Origin: Elusimicrobiota bacterium
GTDB taxonomy: Bacteria > Elusimicrobiota > Elusimicrobia > Elusimicrobiales > UBA9959
DNA: 48,364 nucleotides
Direction of reading: 5' to 3'
Assembly (NCBI GenBank): GCA_027340875.1
Contig: DAIENX010000087.1
Location: forward strand, 1 to 48,364
The translations under genes were made by a program, and so were the position numbers. Of this stretch, positions 1 to 8,609 are shown piece after piece. The notes under the pieces were generated by a model that worked only from the letters and a program-made list of their open reading frames with translations, was not told the origin of the DNA and did not search any database. The first letter of the stretch is position 1. Each line of letters starts with the position of its first letter.

Positions 1-213
1 ATACTCGCGATGCGCTGGAACGTGGTGATAGGCGGGCAGTTCTTCTCCAAGAGCTTCCTGGGCTTCACCACCTACAAGATGGAGCTGGCCGGCCGCGAGG
101 GCCTGTTCAGCGCCATAACGCTCGAGATCCTTCCGTTCATCATACTCGCCGGCCTCCTGTACCTCCTCCCCCCGTGGGAGAAAGAGGAGCGCGGGACGGC
201 GGCGAACGGCTAG
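1..213 (+). CDS. C-terminal fragment of NrfD/PsrC/HybB-family membrane anchor subunit (5' end outside window)
   Basis: Frame open from base 1; RWNVVIGGQ motif followed by a hydrophobic TM segment resembles NrfD-family C-termini; followed by tat genes. Confidence 0.6.
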   Translation: MLAMRWNVVIGGQFFSKSFLGFTTYKMELAGREGLFSAITLEILPFIILAGLLYLLPPWEKEERGTAANG

Positions 214-235
214 GGACAGGGAGTCGGGAGGGAAT

Positions 236-421
236 ATGAGGATATTCGGAATGGGCACGCCGGAGCTGCTGGTGATAGGCATCATCTGCCTGGTGCTCTT
301 CGGCACCAAGAGGCTGCCGGAGCTGGGCAAGACCGTGGGCGTCACGATCAAGGAGCTGAAGAAGGGCCTTAAGGAAGGCCTGGCCGACGAGCCGGCGCCC
401 GGGACCAAGGAACAGAAGTAG
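236..421 (+). CDS. tatA: Twin-arginine translocase subunit TatA/TatE
   Basis: 61 aa, GMGTPELLVI..LVLFGTKRLPELGK signature; GGGAGG RBS. Confidence 0.95.
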   Translation: MRIFGMGTPELLVIGIICLVLFGTKRLPELGKTVGVTIKELKKGLKEGLADEPAPGTKEQK

Positions 422-481
422 GCCAAGTCCGCGGCGGGCTGACGGGCAGGCCCATGCCGCCCGGCGCCCCGCCATGCCGCG

Positions 482-1201
482 ATGGACCAGGAAAGGCCGC
501 TCACCGCGCATCTGGACGAGCTGAGGAAGAGACTGATCTCTTCCTCCGTCTTTTTCGCCGTCGCGGCGGGCGTTTCCTTCAACTACTCTTCGTATTTCTT
601 CCGGCTGCTGCGCAAACCCCTGGAAGGCAGCGTCCAGAAGCTGGTCTTCTTCTCCCCCACCGAGGCGCTCGCCATCTACCTGAACATCTCCTTCGCGGCC
701 GGTCTCGCGCTGTCCATGCCTTTCCTGCTGTATCAGGCCTGGAAGTTCGTGGAGCCGGCCATGACCGGCCGCCTCCGGAGGGGCCCGGTGCTGTTCGTGG
801 CCGCGGTGACCGCCTCGTTCGCGGCCGGCGTGCTGTTCTCGTTCTTCGTGCTGATACCCCCGGCGCTCAAGTTCCTGCTGGGCTTCGCCGGGCCGGACCT
901 GCAGCCGATGATCTCGGCGCAGAGCTATATCTCGTTCGTGGTCTGGACGGCCCTGGGCTGCGGCCTCGTCTTCGAGATGCCGGTGCTCAGCTACGTGCTG
1001 ACCAGGCTGGGGGTGCTGGACCACCGTTTCCTGCGCGGCAAGTACCGCTACGCGATAGTCGCCATCATGATCACGGCCGCCGTGATCACCCCGACCTCCG
1101 ACATCTTCAACATGCTGATGTTCGCGGCCCCGATGCTGGTCCTCTACGAGCTCAGCATCTGGGTCTCCCTGCTGGCCGGCGGGCCCGGCCGCTCCGACTA
1201 A
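482..1201 (+). CDS. tatC: Twin-arginine translocase subunit TatC
   Basis: PLTAHLDELRKRL, YQAWKFVEP, FEMPV, AVITPTSD, LYELSI motifs; about 6 TM helices. Confidence 0.95.
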   Translation: MDQERPLTAHLDELRKRLISSSVFFAVAAGVSFNYSSYFFRLLRKPLEGSVQKLVFFSPTEALAIYLNISFAAGLALSMPFLLYQAWKFVEPAMTGRLRRGPVLFVAAVTASFAAGVLFSFFVLIPPALKFLLGFAGPDLQPMISAQSYISFVVWTALGCGLVFEMPVLSYVLTRLGVLDHRFLRGKYRYAIVAIMITAAVITPTSDIFNMLMFAAPMLVLYELSIWVSLLAGGPGRSD

Positions 1202-1232
1202 AAAAGAGCGGGCCCGGCTGAACCGGGCCCGC
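1201..1232. terminator. Intrinsic terminator hairpin between convergent tatC and cytochrome gene
   Basis: GCGGGCCCGG-ctgaa-CCGGGCCCGC stem with A-tract on the left (U-tract for the minus strand). Confidence 0.75.
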
Positions 1233-1257
1233 GTTCCCCGCGCGTTGTCCGCAGCTC

Positions 1258-2973
1258 TCAACTGTGACAGCCGGAGCAGGTATCCTTTCCGACGTTCTTG
1301 CGCAGCGGGACCTTCTTGTGCGCGCCGATGTCGTGACAGCTGACGCAGCCCATCATCTCGGTGTGCTGCTTGTGCGGCATGGTCTTGCCGGCGATGGCGG
1401 CGATACCCATGGAAGCCGGAGGCCGCACGGTCTCGGGCGGCACCTTCACCCCGACCCGTCCGTGACACAGGGTGGCGCAGTAGCTCCCGGAGATCAGCGG
1501 CTGCGCCGACAGGTCCTTGAGCGAGGCGCCGGTCTTCTTCCCGACCTCGTTCATGGCCCTGTTGGCCAGGCGCAGCGCCTCCGAGGCCAGGTAGATGTTG
1601 TGCTCGCCGCGGCCGTAGCGCACGAAGCGCAGCTGATGCTCGGCGGAAGCCAGCTTCTCCGCAGCTTCTTTCTGGTCGGCGCCTTTTAACCCGGCCTTGG
1701 CCAGCGCGTCCTTGGCGGCCTCGAGCTTCGGCTGCAGCTCCGCGAGCGCCTTGGTCAGCTCGTCCCTGGTCTCCTCCCAGACGCCGTTGAATTTTTCGCC
1801 GTGGCACTTCACGCAGGCTCCGGAGGAGGCCTTCTCGGTGGTGCCGGAGAACTCGGCCGTGCCCGGGGCGGAATCCTTGTAGTGGCAGCCGACGCAGGCC
1901 ACCTTGGCCAGGTACATCGGGCTGGGCATGTCGGGCATTCCCAGGCCCTTTGCCTTTCCGCGGAACATCTCCTGCTGGCCGGCATGCTTGCCGCTGTGGC
2001 AGTCCGCGCAGTTGAGGGAGCCCGTTTCGGGATGGCCCTGCGGGGCAGCTTCGGCGGCCGGCGTCTCCTTGCTTTCGAGGAAGCCGTGTTTTATCTCGTC
2101 GTGGCAGTGGAAGCAGGCCACGTGGTGCTTAGTCACGTGGTTCTCGTGGATGAACGGGATGTCGCCGAAGCGCTCGAGCTTCTCGGGCTGGTTGTGGCAG
2201 GTAAAGCAGCGGTCCTTCCTCGCGTCGCCGTTGCCGCGGACCACGTCAAGGTGGCAGTTATAGCAGCTCACCTTCTGCTTCGTGACGAAGTCCTTGTGAT
2301 TATAGGTCATGTTGCCTATCTTGAAGTTCTGCGCCGGCAGGTCGTGGCAGGCGAGGCAGCCGCCAATGGGCTTCAGGTCCTTGCCGAAGCCCATGCCCTT
2401 GAAGTGGCACAGGAAGCAGGTGTCGAAAGTGACCTCCATATGCTTGCCCACCATGATCTGGGAGTGGCAGGAGGTGCAGCGCAGCTGGCGGCCGCGGCGC
2501 TTCTCCGTCAGGTGCGGGGTGTGGTCGAACTTTACGTTCTTCTCCTTGTCGTACACCTTGCCCTGCAGCAGACGGGTCGAATGGCAGCCGTTGTTGAGGC
2601 AGGCCGCGTCCTCGACCTCGGCGTAGGGCTTGGAGGAATAGGTGCGGGTGACGTACTTGACCACCTGCGACAGGGCCTGGAACTTCTGCCACATGTGGGT
2701 TTTCAGCGTGGAAGGCGGGTAGTGGCACTTCACGCAGGCTATCTTGTTGTGCTTGGAGCCGTTCCAGGCGTCGTAGTACGGCTTCATGATGTGGCAGGAA
2801 TTGCAGAAATTGGGGGTCTCGGAGTAGTGCATCATCGAGGCCGTGAGAATTAACATCAGTACCGCCCCGGCCATGACGGAAATCTTGAAGCGTGGTGAGA
2901 AATGTATATGCCACCCGTTGTCTTTGGACAAATGGATGCCGAGATGTTCGAGGAAACGGGCGAGTTTTTTCAT
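1258..2973 (-). CDS. Membrane-anchored multiheme cytochrome c with N-terminal NapC/NirT-like domain (13 CxxCH + CX4CH + CX3CH)
   Basis: N-terminal TM then YSETPNFCNSCHIMKPYY (NapC/NirT-like); heme motifs counted in the translation. Confidence 0.85.
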   Translation of the reverse strand: MKKLARFLEHLGIHLSKDNGWHIHFSPRFKISVMAGAVLMLILTASMMHYSETPNFCNSCHIMKPYYDAWNGSKHNKIACVKCHYPPSTLKTHMWQKFQALSQVVKYVTRTYSSKPYAEVEDAACLNNGCHSTRLLQGKVYDKEKNVKFDHTPHLTEKRRGRQLRCTSCHSQIMVGKHMEVTFDTCFLCHFKGMGFGKDLKPIGGCLACHDLPAQNFKIGNMTYNHKDFVTKQKVSCYNCHLDVVRGNGDARKDRCFTCHNQPEKLERFGDIPFIHENHVTKHHVACFHCHDEIKHGFLESKETPAAEAAPQGHPETGSLNCADCHSGKHAGQQEMFRGKAKGLGMPDMPSPMYLAKVACVGCHYKDSAPGTAEFSGTTEKASSGACVKCHGEKFNGVWEETRDELTKALAELQPKLEAAKDALAKAGLKGADQKEAAEKLASAEHQLRFVRYGRGEHNIYLASEALRLANRAMNEVGKKTGASLKDLSAQPLISGSYCATLCHGRVGVKVPPETVRPPASMGIAAIAGKTMPHKQHTEMMGCVSCHDIGAHKKVPLRKNVGKDTCSGCHS

Positions 2974-3006
2974 AGGATAACTAAATTATATTTAAATTTT
3001 AAGCCC

Positions 3007-3044
3007 AAAAAAAGGGAACGCCGGCCTTTACGGCCGGCGTTCCC
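3007..3044 (-). terminator. Intrinsic terminator after CbcL-like pair
   Basis: 13-bp stem GGGAACGCCGGCC/GGCCGGCGTTCCC with 7-nt A-tract (U-tract on minus). Confidence 0.85.
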
Positions 3045-3068
3045 GGTGGCCGGGCGGCCCTCCCCGGG

Positions 3069-4919
3069 CTAGTTCTCTTCCTTCTCCGCGCGCGGCGGGG
3101 CCACTTTCCCGGTCAGCCAGGCCCAGTTCATCGGGTAGACGGCCGGGTCGAAGACGGACCAGTAGAAGTGCCACACTATTATGGCCAGGCAGGCCAGTAT
3201 GGCCTCCATGAAGTGTATCAGCAGGGCAAGATCTATGACCCACTTGGGCAGGTAGGCGAGCGTCCACTCGCGGAACCAGACCACGCAGCCGGTCACTATC
3301 ATCACGAAGCTGCCCCAGACCAGCGCCCAGTACTCCATCTTCTCCATGTAGCTGTAATGCTTGAAGTGCGGAGGTTCCCCGGTCTTGAAGAGGTTGTACC
3401 TGATCAGCTGTATCATGTCGCGCAGGTCGTCGAGCGCGGGCAGCAGCGCCATCAGCCGGCCGCGGCCGTGCTTCAGCAGCACCAGCCAGCCGGCGTGGTA
3501 GACGGCCAGGCCCATGAACAGGCCGGCGAAGACGCGGTGCAGCAGCGCCCGCAGCTCGGCGCCGGCGGCGCCGCGGAAGAATAAGCTGTTGAACAGCGCG
3601 TCGGGGTAGCGGTGACCGAAGCCGGTGTAGGCCAGGCCTATGAACGCCAGGGCCAGCAGCGCGTGCTGCCAGCGCTCGTTCACGGTCATCCTGTCCTCGT
3701 CAGGGTGCGCGCGCCAGCCGCTGACGGCCTTGCGGTAGAGGTCTATCAGGTTATGCGGGAGCATGAAGCCGATGGTCAGCACGATCAGGAGGATATAGAC
3801 CTCCTTGACCATCTTCAGCAGCCACTCGTAGCTGCCCTTGTCCTGCATGACGGACAGGTCGGCGTGGATCCTGCCCTTGGCCACCAGCTCGCCCGCCTTC
3901 TTGTGGCAGGCGCCGCAGGTATTCTGCAGGTTGGCCGGGTTGACCGAGGAGTCCGGGTCCGACGGGGCCAGGATGTCGTGGTAGCGGTGGCAGGAGGCGC
4001 AGTTGGCCACGGTCAGGTTGCCGGCGCGGAAGGCCACGCCGTGGTAGCTGTCCATATAGCTCTTGACCGGGCTGATAGGCAGGCCGAACTGGGCCGTTAT
4101 CTTTTCGGAATTGTGGCAGTTGCTGCAGGTCTTGACGATGGAGCCGGAGTAGACGCTCGAGCCGGACTCTCCGTGCGCGACTATGTTGTGCTCGCCGTGG
4201 CACGACGTGCAGACCGGCGCCTCCTTGTGACCCCGGGCCAGCTGCCGGCCGTGCACCGACCTGGAGTACAGCTCCACCTGCTTCTTATGGCAGCGGCCGC
4301 AGGTCTGCGGCACGTTCACCCTGTTGATGCGGCTCTTGGAGTTGGCGGGGAAGTTGATGTCGTGGTCGCCGTGGCAGTCCGTGCAGATGGCCACCCTGGC
4401 GTCCTTGTTCTTCAGGAACGCGCGCCCGTGCACCGTCTTGTCGTAGGTCATCCTGGGTTCGAACAGCAGCTTGCCTGCCGCGAACAGCTCCTTGTGGCAG
4501 GTATCGCAGGTGTTCGGGATGTTGGAGCGGTGCAGCGGCGAGGCCGGATCCTCGGGGCGGCGGACGTTGTGCGGCGAGCCGTGGCAGGAGAGGCAGATGG
4601 CGAAGCCGGACTTGGTCTTGGCTATCGCCTTGCCGTGGTCGGAACCGGACAGGCGCTCGGCCACGTCGCTGTGGCAGCCGCCGCAGAAGACCGGCTTCGG
4701 CTTCGGGTCCGGGTGCGGGTAGGAGTCTATGCCCATGTGGCAGGAGTCGCAGGACACCTGCGCGTGGGTGGAGGCCGCCATCAATTTGGGGTCCACGTAT
4801 GGCGCACCTGAATCCTTCTGGCCGTGGCACATCAGGCAGGGGCTTTCCTCGGCGCGGGCCGCGGAAGCGGCGCCGCAGATCAGCACGGCAAGGGAGAGAT
4901 AAAGTAAGTTTTTCTTCAT
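3069..4919 (-). CDS. CbcL-like fusion: 11-heme periplasmic cytochrome c + cytochrome b (FdnI-like) membrane domain
   Basis: Signal peptide from MKKNLLY (start 4919, not 5069); 11 CxxCH; C-terminal TM domain with His ligands and YSYMEKMEYWALVWG motif. Confidence 0.85.
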   Translation of the reverse strand: MKKNLLYLSLAVLICGAASAARAEESPCLMCHGQKDSGAPYVDPKLMAASTHAQVSCDSCHMGIDSYPHPDPKPKPVFCGGCHSDVAERLSGSDHGKAIAKTKSGFAICLSCHGSPHNVRRPEDPASPLHRSNIPNTCDTCHKELFAAGKLLFEPRMTYDKTVHGRAFLKNKDARVAICTDCHGDHDINFPANSKSRINRVNVPQTCGRCHKKQVELYSRSVHGRQLARGHKEAPVCTSCHGEHNIVAHGESGSSVYSGSIVKTCSNCHNSEKITAQFGLPISPVKSYMDSYHGVAFRAGNLTVANCASCHRYHDILAPSDPDSSVNPANLQNTCGACHKKAGELVAKGRIHADLSVMQDKGSYEWLLKMVKEVYILLIVLTIGFMLPHNLIDLYRKAVSGWRAHPDEDRMTVNERWQHALLALAFIGLAYTGFGHRYPDALFNSLFFRGAAGAELRALLHRVFAGLFMGLAVYHAGWLVLLKHGRGRLMALLPALDDLRDMIQLIRYNLFKTGEPPHFKHYSYMEKMEYWALVWGSFVMIVTGCVVWFREWTLAYLPKWVIDLALLIHFMEAILACLAIIVWHFYWSVFDPAVYPMNWAWLTGKVAPPRAEKEEN

Positions 4920-4966
4920 GTTGTTCACCGGGACCGCTGCCCGGCCCGCCGTCACCGGCGGGCCTT

Positions 4967-6994
4967 TTACAGGTGCTGCGACACCAGGGCTATGATTATC
5001 AGGATGACGGTCACCACGCCTATCGTCAGCGCGGTGAAGCCTATCGCCCTCGCGAAATTCCACAGCCACTCGGGGGTGGGCTCGGTCTTAAGCTTCTCCA
5101 GCTCCCCGCTGGCCACGAGCCGGTCGTACTCCTCGGGCCGCTCTTCCTTCAGCTCCTCCAGCGAGATGCGGCCGGTGAAGATGACGTCGTCCATCGGGAA
5201 CTTGCCGGGACGCAGGTGCGTGTGGAAGAAGTGTATCGTGAAGATGAAGCCGGTGGCCAGCAGGGCCTCGTCGCTGTGGATGATGGTGGCGACGTTGAAC
5301 ACCCAGCCGGGCAGCACGGCGGCGAAGAACTCCGGGAACCAGAGCACGAGGCCGGAGGAGCCGATGATGCTGACGCCCCAGAAGACCGCCCAGTAGTCGA
5401 ACTTCTCCCAGTAGGTCCAGCGGTCGAAGCGCGGGCGCGTGCCCTTGCCGAGGAACCACCGGATCTGGCCTATGAAGTCCCGCACGTCCTTCCAGCGGGG
5501 TATCATCGAGTCCGGACCGAACACCCGGAAGTCGCGGTGCGAGATGATGTAACGGGCCGCATAGGCCAGGTGCAGGCCGAAGTAGGTGAAGGTCAGCAGC
5601 GCAAAGAAGCGGTGCAGCAGGCCCATGATCTCGAAGCCGCCGAACAGATGGGCGAGGAACGAGGCCCACCACATATGTGAGAACTTCATCGGCATGCCGG
5701 TCAGCACCAGTCCCAGGAAGCTGGTTATGATGATGCCGTGCAGGATGCGGTGGTACAGCCGGAAGCGGAAGTAGTACTGCCCGGACTTGTGCTTCTCCGC
5801 CTCCTCCTCGCGCCGCTTCTTGAAGTCGCCGACCAGGCGGGCCATCCAGAGCAGCGTGTGCGCGCCGAAGAAGGCGAAAGTTCCTATCAGCAGCGCCGAC
5901 ATCAGCAGCACGGTCCAGAACATCACGCGGAACTGCACCTGTTTGCCTTTCGTGGAGTGCGCAATGTACTTCACGAAGTTGTCGTTGGCGTCGGGATGGC
6001 ACTTCCGGCAGGTCTCCTTCTTGTTCTCCGGGGACAGCGAGGAGAGCGGGTCCGAGACCTTCCGTATGTTGTGCGCGGTGTGGCAGTCGGAGCAGCGGGC
6101 CACCTTGGTGTAGCCCAGCCGTGTGATCTTGCCGTGGTAGGTGTCGCGGTAGGTGGCCAGGTAGTCGGCGTGGCAGTCGCCGCATTCCTTGATGATCAGC
6201 AGCTTGTAGCCCTGCGCGTCGGTGCGCTCTATCCTGTGCGCGCTGTGGCAGGTGGTGCAGACCGGGGCGAGCGCGCTGCCTTCGGCCAGCTTCTGGCCGT
6301 GGATGCTCTTCCTGAAGGTCTCGGCTATGCCGGCGTGGCATTTACCGCAGGTCTCCACCACGTGCCCGCGGCTGATCGTGGACGCCGGGTTGCTGCGCTT
6401 CTGTATCGCGTGGGAGCCGTGGCAGGAGGTGCAGACCGCCGTGACCAGCAGGCCGCTGCGCACCAGAGCGCGGCCGTGGATAGTGCCGTAGTATTCCTTC
6501 AGCACATCGGGCGGAAAATTGTACTTCTGCGCCAGCGCAGGATCGGCGTGGCAGCGCGAGCAGGTCTCCGGCACCCGGAACGGGTAGACGGAGGATTCCG
6601 GGCTGGTCTTGCTCATTATCCGGTGGCCCGGCGTGTGGCAGTCCTGACAGGACGCGGCCTCGGCCTCGCCCTTGGCCCTGGCCTGCGCGTGTATCGTGTT
6701 GTCGTACTGCGCGGCCTGCTTCTTGTGGCAGTCGCGGCAGGATATCTTCGCCGGCTTCACCTTGTGCGGGCCTGGAGTGGCGTCGGAATGGCAGGAGACG
6801 CAGGTCTCTTTCGCGTGGCGCGAGGCGGCGAGGTCGGCGGTCTTTACCTGCGGCGCGCTCTCGTAGCCCGCTTTCTTATGCGCGTGACAGTCCAGGCAGA
6901 CCTGGTTCTGGGCGGGCGCGGCCGAGACCGCGAAGGGAAAAGCTGCTGCAATGAGGGCGGCCAGAGCGGCCGCGGACGCGGTTTTTCCGTACAT
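4967..6994 (-). CDS. CbcL-like fusion: 11-heme cytochrome c + cytochrome b membrane domain
   Basis: Signal peptide; 11 CxxCH; RWTYWEKFDYWAVFWG, IHSDEALLA, HFFHTHLRP motifs as in Geobacter CbcL-type proteins. Confidence 0.88.
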   Translation of the reverse strand: MYGKTASAAALAALIAAAFPFAVSAAPAQNQVCLDCHAHKKAGYESAPQVKTADLAASRHAKETCVSCHSDATPGPHKVKPAKISCRDCHKKQAAQYDNTIHAQARAKGEAEAASCQDCHTPGHRIMSKTSPESSVYPFRVPETCSRCHADPALAQKYNFPPDVLKEYYGTIHGRALVRSGLLVTAVCTSCHGSHAIQKRSNPASTISRGHVVETCGKCHAGIAETFRKSIHGQKLAEGSALAPVCTTCHSAHRIERTDAQGYKLLIIKECGDCHADYLATYRDTYHGKITRLGYTKVARCSDCHTAHNIRKVSDPLSSLSPENKKETCRKCHPDANDNFVKYIAHSTKGKQVQFRVMFWTVLLMSALLIGTFAFFGAHTLLWMARLVGDFKKRREEEAEKHKSGQYYFRFRLYHRILHGIIITSFLGLVLTGMPMKFSHMWWASFLAHLFGGFEIMGLLHRFFALLTFTYFGLHLAYAARYIISHRDFRVFGPDSMIPRWKDVRDFIGQIRWFLGKGTRPRFDRWTYWEKFDYWAVFWGVSIIGSSGLVLWFPEFFAAVLPGWVFNVATIIHSDEALLATGFIFTIHFFHTHLRPGKFPMDDVIFTGRISLEELKEERPEEYDRLVASGELEKLKTEPTPEWLWNFARAIGFTALTIGVVTVILIIIALVSQHL

Positions 6995-7096
6995 GGTCAG
7001 TACAGCATATTAAATAAAGACAATGAACTCTATTACCAAAGACAACCGGCCGGTTGATTTTAGTAATAGCGCTGCGCGGCCGCCGCCTTCCCGGAC

Positions 7097-8521
7097 CTAT
7101 CTGGCCGGGCCGGACGACAGGGTTACGCTGTAGAGATGGCCTTTGAACCACTCTTTCTCAGCCCTGTCCCTCTTCAGGAACCGCTCGGTCTCCACTTCCA
7201 TCACCTTCTTCTCCCCTCCGGCGTTGGCCAACTCCTCCGCCACCATGTTCCGGTCCCCGGAGTAGACGGCGTAGTTCCACAGCAGCGCGCGCCCGCCCTG
7301 CTTAAGCAGGTCCGGCAGCGCCTTGGCGAAACGCGCCAGGATGGAGCCGCCCACGTCCATATCCCAGAAATCCATCATGGAAGGAAAGTGTCCCTCCGGG
7401 TACGTCCTCTCCGTCACGGAAGGCATGTTCCAGAACACCGCGTCGAACTTCCTTCCCGGCAGGCGGAGCCGTCCCTCCCCGTCAGCGACGTTGTCGCCCA
7501 CTACAGCGTTTACTTTGAATCCGGCCGCCTTGGCCGAGGCCCTGGTATTGGCCACTTCGAGCGGGTTAATGCCTATCACGTCAACCGGCCTGCTGGTCCT
7601 GAAGGACGCCACCCAGGCGTCAACGCCAGTCCCCGGCCCCACGACCAGTATCTCGGCGTCCTTCGGCAGCCCGTATCTGGAATAGACCTCCCGCTGGTAT
7701 GCCAGCTCGTCCGGGGAGAACGTGGTCAGCTCATAGACCGTAGGGAATGCCGGCAGCACCGCCCGGTGCGCGCCGGTAGAGGTATCCGAGAACACGGACA
7801 GGAATTCGTCGCGCGGCATATCCGCGTACATCTCGTCCTCTCCGTGTTCCTTGCTGAAGATCAGCGGGTCGAAATCGTGCGCGTCCCAGCCGCCGGTAAC
7901 CGCGTCCACGGAATGCAGCCTGTAACCCCAGCGGTGGCGCAGGAAGCCCGGATAGAGGTCTATTATACCCGGGTACTTCTCGCGGGCGTACTTCTCAATG
8001 GCCCGTCTGTCGCTGAAGAGCGCCGCCGAGAACTCGGACCACCTGGCCGAGGCCCCCGGAGCGTCAGGAGCAGGCACAGCGATATAGAACGGGCTGATGT
8101 CTAAATAGGCCGGGACAGCGTCCTCCCAGTCCTTCGCGCTCCTCGCGGAGCCGTCCTGCTTGGGCGGGAAGACCGGGAAAACCGCCAGGAGACGGCCGTC
8201 CGCGCCGTAGAGGAGGTCGAAGTCGTGCAGGGACATTGAGTTGATGTTGGCCAGCTCCAGCTGCAGTATCTGCCGGCCCCTGGCGGCGAAAGGGCCCTTC
8301 GGGGGCGCTTCCGGCACATGCAGCCTGACCGCGAAGCTGCCGTCCGGGCGGACAGCCGCGGGCGCTTTTCCCTCCGGCAGACCGGCGGAGCCGGGCAGCA
8401 GGTCCAGCGCTTCGAGCAGCTCGTAGGCTGGAGTCCTCTCCAGCGGCGCCGCCGGCGAGGCCGGAGGTGCGGCGGCCAGCAGCGCCGCAGCGATACCAAA
8501 TAACATTCCCGTGGTTCTCAT
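7097..8521 (-). CDS. Hypothetical protein with signal peptide and C-terminal class I SAM-methyltransferase-like domain
   Basis: N-terminal hydrophobic/Ala-rich leader; ILVVGPGTGVD (motif I) and FDAVFWNMP (motif IV-like); start uncertain. Confidence 0.6.
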   Translation of the reverse strand: MRTTGMLFGIAAALLAAAPPASPAAPLERTPAYELLEALDLLPGSAGLPEGKAPAAVRPDGSFAVRLHVPEAPPKGPFAARGRQILQLELANINSMSLHDFDLLYGADGRLLAVFPVFPPKQDGSARSAKDWEDAVPAYLDISPFYIAVPAPDAPGASARWSEFSAALFSDRRAIEKYAREKYPGIIDLYPGFLRHRWGYRLHSVDAVTGGWDAHDFDPLIFSKEHGEDEMYADMPRDEFLSVFSDTSTGAHRAVLPAFPTVYELTTFSPDELAYQREVYSRYGLPKDAEILVVGPGTGVDAWVASFRTSRPVDVIGINPLEVANTRASAKAAGFKVNAVVGDNVADGEGRLRLPGRKFDAVFWNMPSVTERTYPEGHFPSMMDFWDMDVGGSILARFAKALPDLLKQGGRALLWNYAVYSGDRNMVAEELANAGGEKKVMEVETERFLKRDRAEKEWFKGHLYSVTLSSGPAR

Positions 8522-8551
8522 GCTCAACCCTGGAACGGCCGAAGGGCCGCT

Positions 8552-8591
8552 AAAGAAAAGGCCCGGACCCATAAGGGCCCGGGCCTGTTTT
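8552..8591 (-). terminator. Intrinsic terminator after porin gene
   Basis: AGGCCCGGACCC-ataa-GGGCCCGGGCCT hairpin with A-tract left and T-tract right. Confidence 0.75.
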
Positions 8592-8609
8592 CCCGTTTAA
8601 GGGAGCGGG

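Noticed and set aside
7054..7067. FNR box upstream of the CbcL pair
   Set aside because: Only the TTGAT half-site matches; the second half (GTAAT) is too poor to call
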